NCBI GenBank assembly: GCA_040904985.1
Contig: JBBDSK010000271.1
Coordinates: 486 to 64,485 of the forward strand
DNA from: Woeseia sp.
Lineage (GTDB): Bacteria; Pseudomonadota; Gammaproteobacteria; Steroidobacterales; Woeseiaceae
Reading direction: 5' to 3'
DNA length: 64,000 nucleotides
Both the position numbers and the translations under genes were made by a program. Shown here piece after piece: positions 37,730-47,522 of the stretch (within the stretch, counting starts at the first letter, position 1; each line of letters starts with the position of its first letter). The notes below the pieces were generated by a model. The model ran no database searches. It saw only the letters and a list, made by a program, of their open reading frames with translations, and was not told the DNA's origin.

Positions 37730-38668
37730 ATGTCAATCAGGTTACCCCGGCTCATTGTGACGTCGGTCATTCGCGGAAGCCGGCAGGGCGAAAGTCACGG
37801 CGGCGTTTATACACTGGACTTCGAAACCCGCAGCGGCCGGCAGCGAGTGGACTGGAACACTGTCGCGATCGATTTCGAAGGTCGCGGCGCCGACCGGGGC
37901 CTGCGCGGCATCGCCTTTGACGGCGACGACATCTACATTGCGGCAAGTGACGAGCTGTTTTGCTTCGACCGCAAATTCTCGATCACGGGGTCTTTCAGGA
38001 ACCGTTACCTGAAGCACTGTCACGAAATCTTCCGAATCGACCGAAAGATATTCCTCACCTCGACAGGATACGACAGCATTCTGGCGTTCGACCTGGACAG
38101 CCGGCGTTTCGAGTGGGGCTTCCATCTGGAGCAGCGATACGGCGCATGGTCCGGTTTCTCTTTCGATCCGAGGTCGGACCTGGGGCCGGCGCCAGCCAAC
38201 GAGTTCCACATCAACATGGTGCACGTCGACCAATCGGGCATGTTCTTGAGCGGCCTGCGCACCAATGCGCTGCTGCACCTGAACGATGAATGGGCCGTAA
38301 GCGAGGTTTGCACCCTGCCGGCCGGCGTGCACAACGCACGGCCCTGGAGCGGCGGCGTGCTGTTCAACGATACGGTGGCCGACTGCGTACGTTATGTCCG
38401 GCGGGACGGCCGGCAGCAGGCATTCCCCGTCAAGCGCTATGACGAATCGGACATCCTCTTCGCCGGCGTCGACGATTCGAGGACCGCCCGGCAGGCCTTC
38501 GGCCGCGGGCTTTGCACTACGGGTAGCCGGCTGATCATCGGCGGCTCATCCCCTTCAACCGTCAGCGTCTACGACGCGGTAACCGGGACGACCGTCGGGA
38601 CCGTGAACCTTACGATGGACATTCGCAATGCCATTCACGGCCTGGAAATCTGGCCGTACGACGATTGA
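37730..38668 (+). CDS. Hypothetical protein (repeat-rich, possibly beta-propeller-like)
   Basis: Track ORF trimmed to ATG 37730 (MSIRLPRLIVTSV). Segments: GLRGIAFDGDDIYIAASDELFCFD, KIFLTSTGYDSILAFD, LIIGGSSPSTVSVYD. No family recognised with confidence. Confidence 0.55.
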   Translation: MSIRLPRLIVTSVIRGSRQGESHGGVYTLDFETRSGRQRVDWNTVAIDFEGRGADRGLRGIAFDGDDIYIAASDELFCFDRKFSITGSFRNRYLKHCHEIFRIDRKIFLTSTGYDSILAFDLDSRRFEWGFHLEQRYGAWSGFSFDPRSDLGPAPANEFHINMVHVDQSGMFLSGLRTNALLHLNDEWAVSEVCTLPAGVHNARPWSGGVLFNDTVADCVRYVRRDGRQQAFPVKRYDESDILFAGVDDSRTARQAFGRGLCTTGSRLIIGGSSPSTVSVYDAVTGTTVGTVNLTMDIRNAIHGLEIWPYDD

Positions 38669-38682
38669 AGTTAAGCTTTCGC

Positions 38683-41361
38683 TCAGTTCCCCCAGCGTTT
38701 CATGTAGCGCACGCCGAACTCGCGCGGCCGGTTGACGAACGCCGTCCGGTGATGCGGCCGGCCCTCGGCAGTCTGTGCCGCCGCCCACTCGAACAGATTC
38801 GCCTGCACGGTATAGGTCGCCCGCTCGTCGGCAAGGTTGTTGATAAAAACGTCCACCTGCCAGTCATTACCGACGATTCCGGCACGCAGGTCGCCGATCG
38901 TGTAGGCGTCGGACTTGAACTGCGGATTCGGATGCGTCAGGCCCCGCGGTTCCAGGATGTTCAGGCTGTCGCCGGTATGTGACCACTGGGTGCGGATAAA
39001 GAACTCGTTGTTACCGAACAGCTGCGTCGGCTGCCGGTACTCGATCCAGGCCGAGCCTTTTGACTGCGGTACGAGCGGCAGCCGCAGACCCTTGACCAGA
39101 TCGCTTACGCCGTCCCCGTCAAGATCGGCTTCGGTATCGGTCTCGGCTTCCATCCTCTCGTAATTCATGCCGATCAGCCAATTGTCGGCGAACGCGTAGT
39201 CGAACTCTATGTTCACACCGTTGATATGCGCATCGCCGGCATTGGCGATCAGCACCTGCCACGGCTGGCCACACACGCCGGGGGTGTTGAATTCACTTTC
39301 CGGCAGCAGCGGAAGGCCGTTGTCGTCCTCGCATGGCTTATCCGTCGGGTCGACGAGCTGGAGCTGGTAATCGCTCCAGTCCATCCGGTAGGCCGTGAGG
39401 TTGAGCCGCCCACTGCCGCCGGCAAACGTCGACTTATAGCCGATTTCATAATCGTCCATGATGTCCGAATCGTACTCGTTCGGGAAAAACGGCTCGCCGC
39501 GACTGCGATTGACGCCGCCCTGTCTCACGCCCCGCGTAAACAACGTATAAATCATTTTGTTGTCGTCGAGGTTGTAGCTCAGGCTGACCTTCGGCACGAA
39601 CTGGTTTTCGCTTCCCGAGCGCCCCGGCGGACGGCCGTTGTTGGCGATCCGGAATTCGCGGTCTCCGGCCGTAGCGTCGGGTTCGCCGGCGTAGTTCGGC
39701 CCGCCGGGATGATTCACGAAATAGAAGTTGGTGTTGGAACGTTCGAAATACCGCCCGCCCACGGTCAGATCCAGGTTATCCGTGACGTGCCACGTTGCTT
39801 CGCCGAATACGGCATCCTGCTCCCAGTCTGTATGGCTTTGGGAATACCACTGTGCTTCCGCGTTCGGATAGGTGGTCGGCGTGCCGTAATAATTCGACCA
39901 GTACCATTCCCAGTAATTGAGCGAGATCGAATCCTGGTAGGTCAGTGTCGATGCATCGCCGCCGAGAGTCGGCGTGGCGAACGGCGAAATCCAGGAGTCG
40001 GTGCTCTCCTCGTGGTAGAACCCCACGATCCAGTCGAGCGTGTCGCCCTGGCTCGACAGCCGGATTTCGGCTGTGACCTTGTCGTCCTTGGAGGATCCCC
40101 GGTAGCTGTTGAAAAAGTCCGAATCGACCTGCGGGCCGTGGCAGTAAACGGGCCACCAAACAATGTTGCCCGTCTCCGGATTCGTCCAGTAGTACGGAAA
40201 ATCGGCAGGACTGTAATAGGTCGGATCCGCGTCGTGGCAGTACTGCGCTGACCAGTAATGAGCGTAGGTCGTAATGTCCGACAAATACTCGGTCTTGCGC
40301 TCGTAATAGGACACGGCAGCGACGAGTTGCGCGAAACCGAGGTCGCCCTCGATCTTCAGCGATCCCATGTTGAACTCTTCTTCGCGCCACTCGTCGTGGA
40401 AGCGAACGACCTGCAGATCACCCACGAACGGGTCGTAGTAATTGTCTGCGCCGGAGTCCGTAGTCTGGTGGTGATAAGACAGTGTGGTCGACCAGCTGTC
40501 GTTCACTTGCCAGAGCAGGTGCAAGCGGCCGCCGTAAACGTCGGCGTCATTCCAGCGCTCTTCGACGGAGGCGGAGTTGTCGAGCGTGCCCCATGGCGCG
40601 GGCGCCCTGTTGGTGCCGTCGACACCGTACCAGTCGGCGGTATGCCCGAACACGTTGTCGACGAAGCCGCCGTCGTGATCGTTGTAGCCGGCGATGCGCA
40701 GCGCAAGCCGGTCGTCCACCAGCGGGAGATTGAATACGAGCGAGCCGCGATAGCTTGCGTCGCTGTCGCCGCCGCCACGCACCTCGCCGTCGAATACCGC
40801 CTCGAACTCGTTCAGCCGAGGCTGGTTAGTGATGATGCGCAGGGTACCGGCTTGGGCATCGGACCCGTAGAGCGTTCCTTGTGGCCCCGAAAGCGCTTCG
40901 ACCCGCGCGATGTCGACGGGCCTTATGTTCGGCTGCGTGCCGACCTGGGTCACCGAGATTTCATCGAGATAGACCGACGAGGTCGACTGGCCGAGATAGC
41001 CGGCCCCGGTTATGGCGCCGCGGAATACGACGGTACTGGAGCTGGGTCCGTAGTTGACGACATTGATCGACGGCACGAAACGGGCATAGTCCTCAAGGCC
41101 CTTGGCGCCCATGGCGGCAAGAGACTCCTGGGAGATGGCCTGAACGGCGGATGGAATGGTTTGCGCCGACTCGCTGCGTTTGCGCGCCGTGACGACGATC
41201 TCTTCGAGCGCTCTGGACTCGCCGGCCTCCCTGCCGACGTCCTGCGCAAGCGCGTAATGGCCCGGATAAAGTGCGGCCGTTACCGCGGCAGCGACGGGCG
41301 AAATTCCTCCATTCGGCATGCGGACCATCATTTTATCCCCCGCCATCAATCGATGGCTCAA
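38683..41361 (-). CDS. TonB-dependent receptor
   Basis: 892 aa. Plug: EEIVVTARKRSESAQTIPSAVQAIS and VEALSGPQGTLYGSDAQAGTLRIITN. The rest is a long beta-barrel region. Several candidate starts exist (M1, M11, M12, M15). Confidence 0.9.
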   Translation of the reverse strand: MSHRLMAGDKMMVRMPNGGISPVAAAVTAALYPGHYALAQDVGREAGESRALEEIVVTARKRSESAQTIPSAVQAISQESLAAMGAKGLEDYARFVPSINVVNYGPSSSTVVFRGAITGAGYLGQSTSSVYLDEISVTQVGTQPNIRPVDIARVEALSGPQGTLYGSDAQAGTLRIITNQPRLNEFEAVFDGEVRGGGDSDASYRGSLVFNLPLVDDRLALRIAGYNDHDGGFVDNVFGHTADWYGVDGTNRAPAPWGTLDNSASVEERWNDADVYGGRLHLLWQVNDSWSTTLSYHHQTTDSGADNYYDPFVGDLQVVRFHDEWREEEFNMGSLKIEGDLGFAQLVAAVSYYERKTEYLSDITTYAHYWSAQYCHDADPTYYSPADFPYYWTNPETGNIVWWPVYCHGPQVDSDFFNSYRGSSKDDKVTAEIRLSSQGDTLDWIVGFYHEESTDSWISPFATPTLGGDASTLTYQDSISLNYWEWYWSNYYGTPTTYPNAEAQWYSQSHTDWEQDAVFGEATWHVTDNLDLTVGGRYFERSNTNFYFVNHPGGPNYAGEPDATAGDREFRIANNGRPPGRSGSENQFVPKVSLSYNLDDNKMIYTLFTRGVRQGGVNRSRGEPFFPNEYDSDIMDDYEIGYKSTFAGGSGRLNLTAYRMDWSDYQLQLVDPTDKPCEDDNGLPLLPESEFNTPGVCGQPWQVLIANAGDAHINGVNIEFDYAFADNWLIGMNYERMEAETDTEADLDGDGVSDLVKGLRLPLVPQSKGSAWIEYRQPTQLFGNNEFFIRTQWSHTGDSLNILEPRGLTHPNPQFKSDAYTIGDLRAGIVGNDWQVDVFINNLADERATYTVQANLFEWAAAQTAEGRPHHRTAFVNRPREFGVRYMKRWGN

Positions 41362-41528
41362 CGTTATCGACGGCGTCTTCTACAATCTATTGCACCCGCG
41401 CCTCGATGGCAAGAATCGTATTGACATGTTGAGAGATTGTGTTGTAGGTGTATGGTAATTTCGGCGCGGCACTTTCGCCACGACCACGAGAAAAGCGCCT
41501 TAATTGCTTGTATATCCGAAGGTTACGA

Positions 41529-43541
41529 TTACATTTGCTCGCCGGGTTCGGGGTGATTTTCATCCGGCAGCTCCGCCAAAAGGGGTTTCAGGATGTGCAA
41601 CAACTCGCCGAGGTGGTTCTCGTAGTTGTGCCAGATATTGATGGAACTGGAGTAGATCGGCCGGCGGACCTGTTCCGAACTCGCCGTCTTCACGGCCCGC
41701 CGGGTCTCGTGAAAATTCAGGCACCCTTCCTCGAACGGCAGCCCGCAGAAATCCAGTATGCGGCGAACCTCGTTTTCGAGGTCCGCGACGACCTGCTCGT
41801 AATGGACGTCGAGTACGAAGCCGGGGACGACCCGTTGCCAGTGCTCCATCAGCCGCTGGTACTGCAGATAATATTCGCCGAGTTCGGTGAGGTCGTACGT
41901 GAAAGGCTGACCGCTGGCAAATAGCTGCTTGTAGCTTCCGAGACAGCTGTCCATCGGGTGCCGCCGGGCATTGATAATCTTTGCATTCGGGATGGCGAGC
42001 TTCAGCAGGCCGGTGAAGACGAAATTGTTGGGATTCTTGTCGATGAAAAACGGCGCGCCGCTGCGGTGTTTCCGCGTACTCTCCAGGTACTCCCGTCCGA
42101 GCCGTGCCCAGCCTTCGGGCTTGAGGCCGTCCAGTGTCTGCGGAAACTGCTCATTCCTGTGGCTGCGATACCTTCGCACGACCTTCGACAGGTCACTCAA
42201 CTCATGCGTGCCTTCGACCAGGGTGTGCGATGCGAGGATCTGCTCGATCAGGGTCGACCCGGAGCGCGGCAGGCCGACGATGAATACCGGCACCGGGTGG
42301 AGCTCGGCGCTGACGCACTGTCCCAGGCGTGTCTCGTCGAAAAAGCGAATTACGCGGTCGTGCGTGGCTTCGGTGTCGACCGGGTCGTAGGATTCCTGCC
42401 TTCTGCGAAGCGTGTTGCAGCTTTTGAAGTTCGCGAACGCGGCGTCGAAATCTCCTCGGGCCTCGTATTCCAGCCCCAGCGCGTTATGGAGCATGCTGAG
42501 CGCTTCATCCGGCAATCCTCCCTCCCGGATCAGCGTCTCCATCGCCGCCACTTCCGCTTCTTCGAAGCGAAACGTCTTGAGATTGGCGAGGCTCCAGTAA
42601 GCTTCCGCATGGTCCGCCTTCGCGGCGATGCAGGCGCGGTACTGCCTTATTGCTTCCTCCGGTTCACCAATCGTCTTCAGGTGGTGCGCCATGCCGCACA
42701 TGGCCGCTGCTTTTTGCGGCGCCAGTTCAATCGTTTTGCGATAGGAGGCGATGGCCTCCCGGTGACGGCCGGCGACTCCGAGGACGCCGGCATGCACCAT
42801 GTACGACTCCGGCTTGTTTGGCTCCAGCGCCAGCAGCCGTTCCGCGCTCTCTATCGCCTCGTCGTATTTCTCCTGTTCGCGCTGCGCGTCGACCAGGTCT
42901 ACCCAGGCGCGCGCGTAGTTCGGGGCGAGTGACGTGGCGCGCAGCAGAAAGACCTCCGCTTCGCGAAACCGCTTGTTGAGCGATGCAATGCCGGCGAGCA
43001 GGCGCGCCGCTTCGACGTGGTCAGGATCCTTTTTCAGAATGTTGCGATAGATGTCTTCGGCCTTGTTGACGTCGCCGGCCTGTTGCAGAGATTCGGCCTC
43101 GCTGATTTCCGCGGCGAACGCCATGCGGGTCTTCGGAGTCTTCCTGTCGTTGGACACGGCTCCGCCGGCCGCGACGGCCTGCCGGGCCCTGTCGATCTTG
43201 GCCAGCGTCGCCGGCCGGGCCGGGTCCAGCCTCACGGCCTGTTCATAGGCCGCAACCGCAGGCCTGGCGCGGCCGGTCGCCAGCATCAGGTCGCCGTGGA
43301 CGTCATGCGCCACGGCGAAATCAGGAAATCGGCGCAGCGCTTCCTTCACATAGCGTTCCGATTGCTCGAACTGCCGCAGGGCGAGATAGGCCTTCGCCGC
43401 CAGACACATCGTGTTGGCGTCGTCGGGAAAGGAAAGCAATGCGTCCTCGCAAAGGCTCGCCGCCCTCGCGTATTCGCCGGCGCGAAGCTTTGCCAGTGCG
43501 TGTTCGAACGACTGCCGTTGACGGGCGATGTCCGTTGTCAT
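41529..43541 (-). CDS. TPR-repeat sulfotransferase family protein (paralog 1)
   Basis: Track ORF (793 aa) trimmed to ATG 43541 (MTTDIARQRQSFEHALAKL). N-terminal TPRs. PAPS-binding 5'-PSB motif: IVGLPRSGSTLIEQILASH. Also INARRHPMDSCLGSYKQLF and C-terminal CLNFHETRRAVKTASSEQVRRPIY. Confidence 0.85.
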   Translation of the reverse strand: MTTDIARQRQSFEHALAKLRAGEYARAASLCEDALLSFPDDANTMCLAAKAYLALRQFEQSERYVKEALRRFPDFAVAHDVHGDLMLATGRARPAVAAYEQAVRLDPARPATLAKIDRARQAVAAGGAVSNDRKTPKTRMAFAAEISEAESLQQAGDVNKAEDIYRNILKKDPDHVEAARLLAGIASLNKRFREAEVFLLRATSLAPNYARAWVDLVDAQREQEKYDEAIESAERLLALEPNKPESYMVHAGVLGVAGRHREAIASYRKTIELAPQKAAAMCGMAHHLKTIGEPEEAIRQYRACIAAKADHAEAYWSLANLKTFRFEEAEVAAMETLIREGGLPDEALSMLHNALGLEYEARGDFDAAFANFKSCNTLRRRQESYDPVDTEATHDRVIRFFDETRLGQCVSAELHPVPVFIVGLPRSGSTLIEQILASHTLVEGTHELSDLSKVVRRYRSHRNEQFPQTLDGLKPEGWARLGREYLESTRKHRSGAPFFIDKNPNNFVFTGLLKLAIPNAKIINARRHPMDSCLGSYKQLFASGQPFTYDLTELGEYYLQYQRLMEHWQRVVPGFVLDVHYEQVVADLENEVRRILDFCGLPFEEGCLNFHETRRAVKTASSEQVRRPIYSSSINIWHNYENHLGELLHILKPLLAELPDENHPEPGEQM

Positions 43542-43661
43542 CTGCTGCCAATCGGTGTGAGTTCGGGAAATTGGACCATATCGCCGGTATGGCCGCCAGC
43601 CGGCGCCTGCTTGTGGCGGAAACCGGAACGCACTAACCTGTTGCGGCATCCGGAATCCGCC

Positions 43662-44573
43662 GTGAAGAGTCCAGCAGACTTCGACGTGAATACTTACCGA
43701 CAAGCGGCGCGCACCCGCGATTTCTGCGTTTCGGGCGAGCTTTTTCTCTCCCCGGAATCGAGCGCCACTACCATAGCCGAGCAGGCGAAGCTGTTGAAAG
43801 ATCACGTCGACGGCGTGCTGCTTACCGACAACCAGTTCGGGCAGCTCCACATGTCCACGCTCGCCGCGGCCGCGCTGTTGATCGCGAACGGCGTGGACCC
43901 GATCATGCAATTGAGCTGCCGGAACCGGAACCGGATCGCGCTGCTAAGCGACTTGCTGGGCGCCGGTGCGCTGGGCGTGACCAGCCTGATGCTCGTAAAA
44001 GGCAATCACGTACCGGAGGGTTTCAATCCGCGTCCCAAGGCGGTACTCGATCTCGATGCGAGGGAGCTGATCGCGACGGCGGCGCGGATCCGCGCGGACG
44101 AAGGTTTGCCCGCGCTGTCCGACTTCTACGTCGGCGGCGTCGTGACGGCGCACCGTCCGGAAGACGACTGGACGCCGCGCACACTCCTGCGCAAGATAGA
44201 GGCGGGAGCGCAGTTCATGATAACGAACGTTTGCATGGACGTGCCGACATTGAGGATCTGGTTCAGGCACCTGGTCGCGGCAAAAATCCTCCGGCGCGTC
44301 GACATGATCGTGTCGATTGCGATCCCCGAATCGGCAGACGATGCGCACTGGCTGTGCCGGAACCGCCCGAGTTTCCAGATTCCCGATGCGCTGATCCGGC
44401 GTCTCGAGCAAGCGCGGGATGCGGAACAGGAGGGTGTCGCCATCGCGGCGGAAATGCTCGCGGAAGTTGCGACGATCCCCGGTGTATCCGGCGTGCATCT
44501 GATAGCGACTCGCAACCTTGCCGCAATTCCGGCCGTTCTCGCCGCCGCCGGACAGCTCAGGCAAGCCGTATGA
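43662..44573 (+). CDS. Methylenetetrahydrofolate reductase (MTHFR/MetF)-like protein
   Basis: The homologous part of the 43017..44573 ORF begins near FCVSGELFLSPES. Segments: HVDGVLLTDNQFGQLHMS, QLSCRNRNRIALLSDLLGAGALGVTSLMLVKGN, AGAQFMITNV, VSGVHLI. There is no in-frame ATG nearby, so I propose GTG 43662 (TTG 43641 is an alternative). The stop overlaps the ATG of the next gene (ATGA). Confidence 0.65.
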   Translation: MKSPADFDVNTYRQAARTRDFCVSGELFLSPESSATTIAEQAKLLKDHVDGVLLTDNQFGQLHMSTLAAAALLIANGVDPIMQLSCRNRNRIALLSDLLGAGALGVTSLMLVKGNHVPEGFNPRPKAVLDLDARELIATAARIRADEGLPALSDFYVGGVVTAHRPEDDWTPRTLLRKIEAGAQFMITNVCMDVPTLRIWFRHLVAAKILRRVDMIVSIAIPESADDAHWLCRNRPSFQIPDALIRRLEQARDAEQEGVAIAAEMLAEVATIPGVSGVHLIATRNLAAIPAVLAAAGQLRQAV

Positions 44574-46603
44574 CGGAGAGCCGGCCGAAGTCCGCCAAGG
44601 ATGTTGTCGACTCCATATTCGCCCTGGCGCGGGCCGAGCGGCTCGACGACGCCGAGGCGCTATGCCGCGATCATCTTGCCGCGCTACCCGACGACGTCAA
44701 CCTGGTGGCAGCGCTGGGCGCGTTGCTGATGAGGAAGGGTGGATACGACGAGGCGCAGAAGCACCTCGAGCGGGCGATCGAACTGGAGCCCCGATTCGCG
44801 AAGCCGTACGAGGACCTCGGCGCACTGTACCTCGTGACGGAGCGGCCGAGGGACGCGATCGCTGCGTACGAAAGCGCAATCGGCCTCGATTCACGGCAGG
44901 CCTCTGCGTTTTACGGGTTGGCGACGGCGCTGGAGCGGAGCGGCCGCCGCGAAGACGCGGAAATCGCGAGGCTGCGGTTTCTGGCACTCTCGCCCGGTGG
45001 CAAGGCGCTGTCGGAGGCAGGGCAACTCTTTCTCGGCGGGCAGACCGATCGCGCCGAGCGCATCTGCGGCGAAATTCTGGCGAAGGAGCCGCGAAACCTT
45101 CACGCGATGCGGCTGCTCGCACGGATCTGCGCCGACAGCCGACGGGACGCCGCTGCGGAAGGTCTTTTGCGGCGCGTGATCTCCATCGCGCCGGACTTTT
45201 CGCTCGCGCTAAGAGACCTGGCGTGGTTTCTCCTGGAGCGCAGCAGGTTTCACGAAGCCATCGAGACGTTGAAGTCGGCCGTGAATATTCCGTCGGGCAC
45301 CGCGGATCTCCGCCAGGCGCTGGCGGATACCCTGTCAATCGTCGGACGGTCGACCGAAGCGCTGGCCGGGTACGATAGCGTGCTCGAGTTGCAGCCTGAC
45401 GATCCGCGCGCGCTGCTCGGTCGCGGTCACATGCTTCGCATCCACGGCCGGCGGGAGGAGTCGATTGCCGCCTACCGGAGGTGCGCGACTGTACGGCCGG
45501 ATCTCGGCGACGCATGGTGGGCACTGGCAAGCTTCCGTGGGCTGGCGTTCACGGAATTCGAACGGGAAACGATGCGCCGGCAGCTCGCCGGGGCGGCGCC
45601 CGGCTCGGATTCCGCTATTGCACTACAGTTCGCAACCGCTCGAGCCTCCGAGCAAGAGGGCGACTACGAGCGTGCGTGGGCGTACTACGAGACGGCGAAC
45701 GAGGCCAAGCGCCGCAGCGTAGCGTACGACCCCGTCGAGCTCGAAACGCAGCACGACCTGCGGCTTCGCGTGTTCGACGAGCGCCTCCTCGCGGGGATCA
45801 AATCGGCCGCCGGGGAGCGGGCGGTCAGACCGATATTCATCACTGGCCTGCCACGTTCAGGCTCGACGCTGATAGAGCAGATTCTCGCCTCTCACGGCGA
45901 CGTCGAAGGCTGCGGCGAGCTCCCCTATGTCATCATGCTGTCCGAGAATCTCGGCAAGGACCGGGAGGGTGGCGCGCAGTACCCCGATATCGCCGCTGAG
46001 CTATCGAGCGACGACCGGCTCGAGCTTGGCGAACAATACCTTCGGCACTCGCTCGCGCACCGCAGCGAGAAGACCTTCTGCTTTACCGACAAGATGCCGG
46101 CCAACTTCGGACACCTCGGATTCATTCGGCTGATGCTGCCGGAGGCCGTTTTCATCGACGCGCGGCGTAATCCCCTGGATGCCTGTGTTGCCAACTACCG
46201 CCAGCTCTTCGCGCAAGGCAAGAACCAGAGCTACGACCTCTCGGAACTGGGCGAATATTATCTGGAATACCTCCGCGTCATGCAGCACTGGGAGCGGGTA
46301 ATGCCGGGCCGGATTCTCACGGTGCACTACGAGGAAATCGTTCGCGATCTGGAGGGGCAGGTTCGCCGGCTGCTGGCGCACTGCGGGCTGAAGTTCGACG
46401 AGCGCTGCCTGCGCTTTCACGAGAGCCCGCGGCCGGTGAACACCGCCAGCGCGGAACAGGTGCGCGAGCCGATCTACGAAGACGCGGTCGGCTACTGGCA
46501 GCACTACGTATCGAAGTTGGGTCCGCTGAAGGAAATCCTTTCACCCGTCCTGTCTTCCGGCGCCGGGGCCGACAGTTCGGCCACCCGCTCGCGAGGCACG
46601 TAG
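44570..46603 (+). CDS. TPR-repeat sulfotransferase family protein (paralog 2)
   Basis: Track ORF (790 aa) trimmed to ATG 44570 (MTESRPKSAKDVVDSIF). TPRs, then ITGLPRSGSTLIEQILASH, IDARRNPLDACVANYRQLF, CLRFHESPRPVNTASAEQVREPIY. Confidence 0.85.
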   Translation: MTESRPKSAKDVVDSIFALARAERLDDAEALCRDHLAALPDDVNLVAALGALLMRKGGYDEAQKHLERAIELEPRFAKPYEDLGALYLVTERPRDAIAAYESAIGLDSRQASAFYGLATALERSGRREDAEIARLRFLALSPGGKALSEAGQLFLGGQTDRAERICGEILAKEPRNLHAMRLLARICADSRRDAAAEGLLRRVISIAPDFSLALRDLAWFLLERSRFHEAIETLKSAVNIPSGTADLRQALADTLSIVGRSTEALAGYDSVLELQPDDPRALLGRGHMLRIHGRREESIAAYRRCATVRPDLGDAWWALASFRGLAFTEFERETMRRQLAGAAPGSDSAIALQFATARASEQEGDYERAWAYYETANEAKRRSVAYDPVELETQHDLRLRVFDERLLAGIKSAAGERAVRPIFITGLPRSGSTLIEQILASHGDVEGCGELPYVIMLSENLGKDREGGAQYPDIAAELSSDDRLELGEQYLRHSLAHRSEKTFCFTDKMPANFGHLGFIRLMLPEAVFIDARRNPLDACVANYRQLFAQGKNQSYDLSELGEYYLEYLRVMQHWERVMPGRILTVHYEEIVRDLEGQVRRLLAHCGLKFDERCLRFHESPRPVNTASAEQVREPIYEDAVGYWQHYVSKLGPLKEILSPVLSSGAGADSSATRSRGT

Positions 46604-47130
46604 TCGAAGATGAACGTGATGCGGTCCTCGCTGCCCTTGTTCATTACGGAGTGGGTCAGCTGGTTGTTGATCTCGTAAGCCTCGCCGACCTCGAGCTGGT
46701 AGGGCTGGCCATCGATCATGAAGCGGACGCGGGGATTGGTCGAAATCGGCACGTGGATGCGATGGCCGGAATGGAACGACGGGTGCCGGTCGACGTGCGG
46801 CGTAATCTTGCCCCCGGCCAGGAGCTTCGCGGCCATCGCGCGTATGACGGTACCGCCCGGTTCATAGTGTCGGCTGATGATGTCGTTCATCAGGGGCAGG
46901 GCCATGTCCGCAAGACGCGGCCAGCCCGGCTCCTTTTTGACGACAATGTCGGGCCAGCGGCCGATGTCGACAAACAACAGGACGATTGACTGCGTCGCGT
47001 GGTGAACCTCGAAGGCTTCCTGCCGGTACTTGTCCTCATGCCAGGCCCTGTTTTCCTGGGCGAACACCGCTTCACAAAGCGCCGTGCAGTCCACGGCACC
47101 GAGTTTTCGTAGCGGAGTGTCGATGTTCAT
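46504..47130 (-). CDS. Aspartyl/asparaginyl beta-hydroxylase family (cupin-type Fe/2OG dioxygenase)
   Basis: 208 aa. Segments: GGKITPHVDRHPSFHSGHRIHVPI and GEAYEINNQLTHSVMNKGSEDRITFIFDY. Its 3' end overlaps the converging sulfotransferase by 100 nt. Confidence 0.8.
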   Translation of the reverse strand: MNIDTPLRKLGAVDCTALCEAVFAQENRAWHEDKYRQEAFEVHHATQSIVLLFVDIGRWPDIVVKKEPGWPRLADMALPLMNDIISRHYEPGGTVIRAMAAKLLAGGKITPHVDRHPSFHSGHRIHVPISTNPRVRFMIDGQPYQLEVGEAYEINNQLTHSVMNKGSEDRITFIFDYVPRERVAELSAPAPEDRTGERISFSGPNFDT

Positions 47131-47261
47131 GCGCTTCCCGAGGACGACCGAGGCCGGATTATACCGGGTTTCACCTTACCTCGACTGAGGTGCCGCTGCT
47201 ACTGTGCGACATGATGATGCGCCCATCCCTCTACGCCCTGTGGCCAGCAATCGTCTTTCCT

Positions 47262-47522
47262 TCACACACCCATCTTCCCAATAGCGTCGGCCAACTCCCT
47301 GGCGAGGCGCTCAAGTGCCGGATGCGTAGCAGCGAAGCGCGCTTCGAGTTCCTTGACACGGTTGCGAGTGAACGCAAGGTCCATGTTCTGCGGGTCTTCC
47401 AGTTCGTCCACGTAGCGGCGAATCTTCTCGGACTCCCGCTGCGTCTCGGGATCGCGATCCTTCACGTCCTCCAACTCGCGCCGCAGCCGCACCAGAATTT
47501 TCTTGAAGTTCTCTTCGTTCAT
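47262..47522 (-). CDS. DUF4404 family small protein
   Basis: Trimmed to ATG 47522: MNEENFKKILVRLRRELEDVKDRDPETQ...ELEARFAATHPALERLARELADAIGKMGV. Confidence 0.7.
   Translation of the reverse strand: MNEENFKKILVRLRRELEDVKDRDPETQRESEKIRRYVDELEDPQNMDLAFTRNRVKELEARFAATHPALERLARELADAIGKMGV

Noticed and set aside
41529-43910. N-terminal extensions of track ORFs: 793-aa and 790-aa versions of the two sulfotransferases, the 280-aa Mug, the 518-aa MTHFR-like ORF, the 607-aa M20, the 421-aa baeRF and the 282-aa FabG.
   Set aside because: The extensions are Arg/Gly-rich, overlap neighbouring genes or promoters, and precede internal starts that give family-typical N-termini. These internal starts often come with an SD or a stop/start overlap, so I trimmed the ORFs accordingly.
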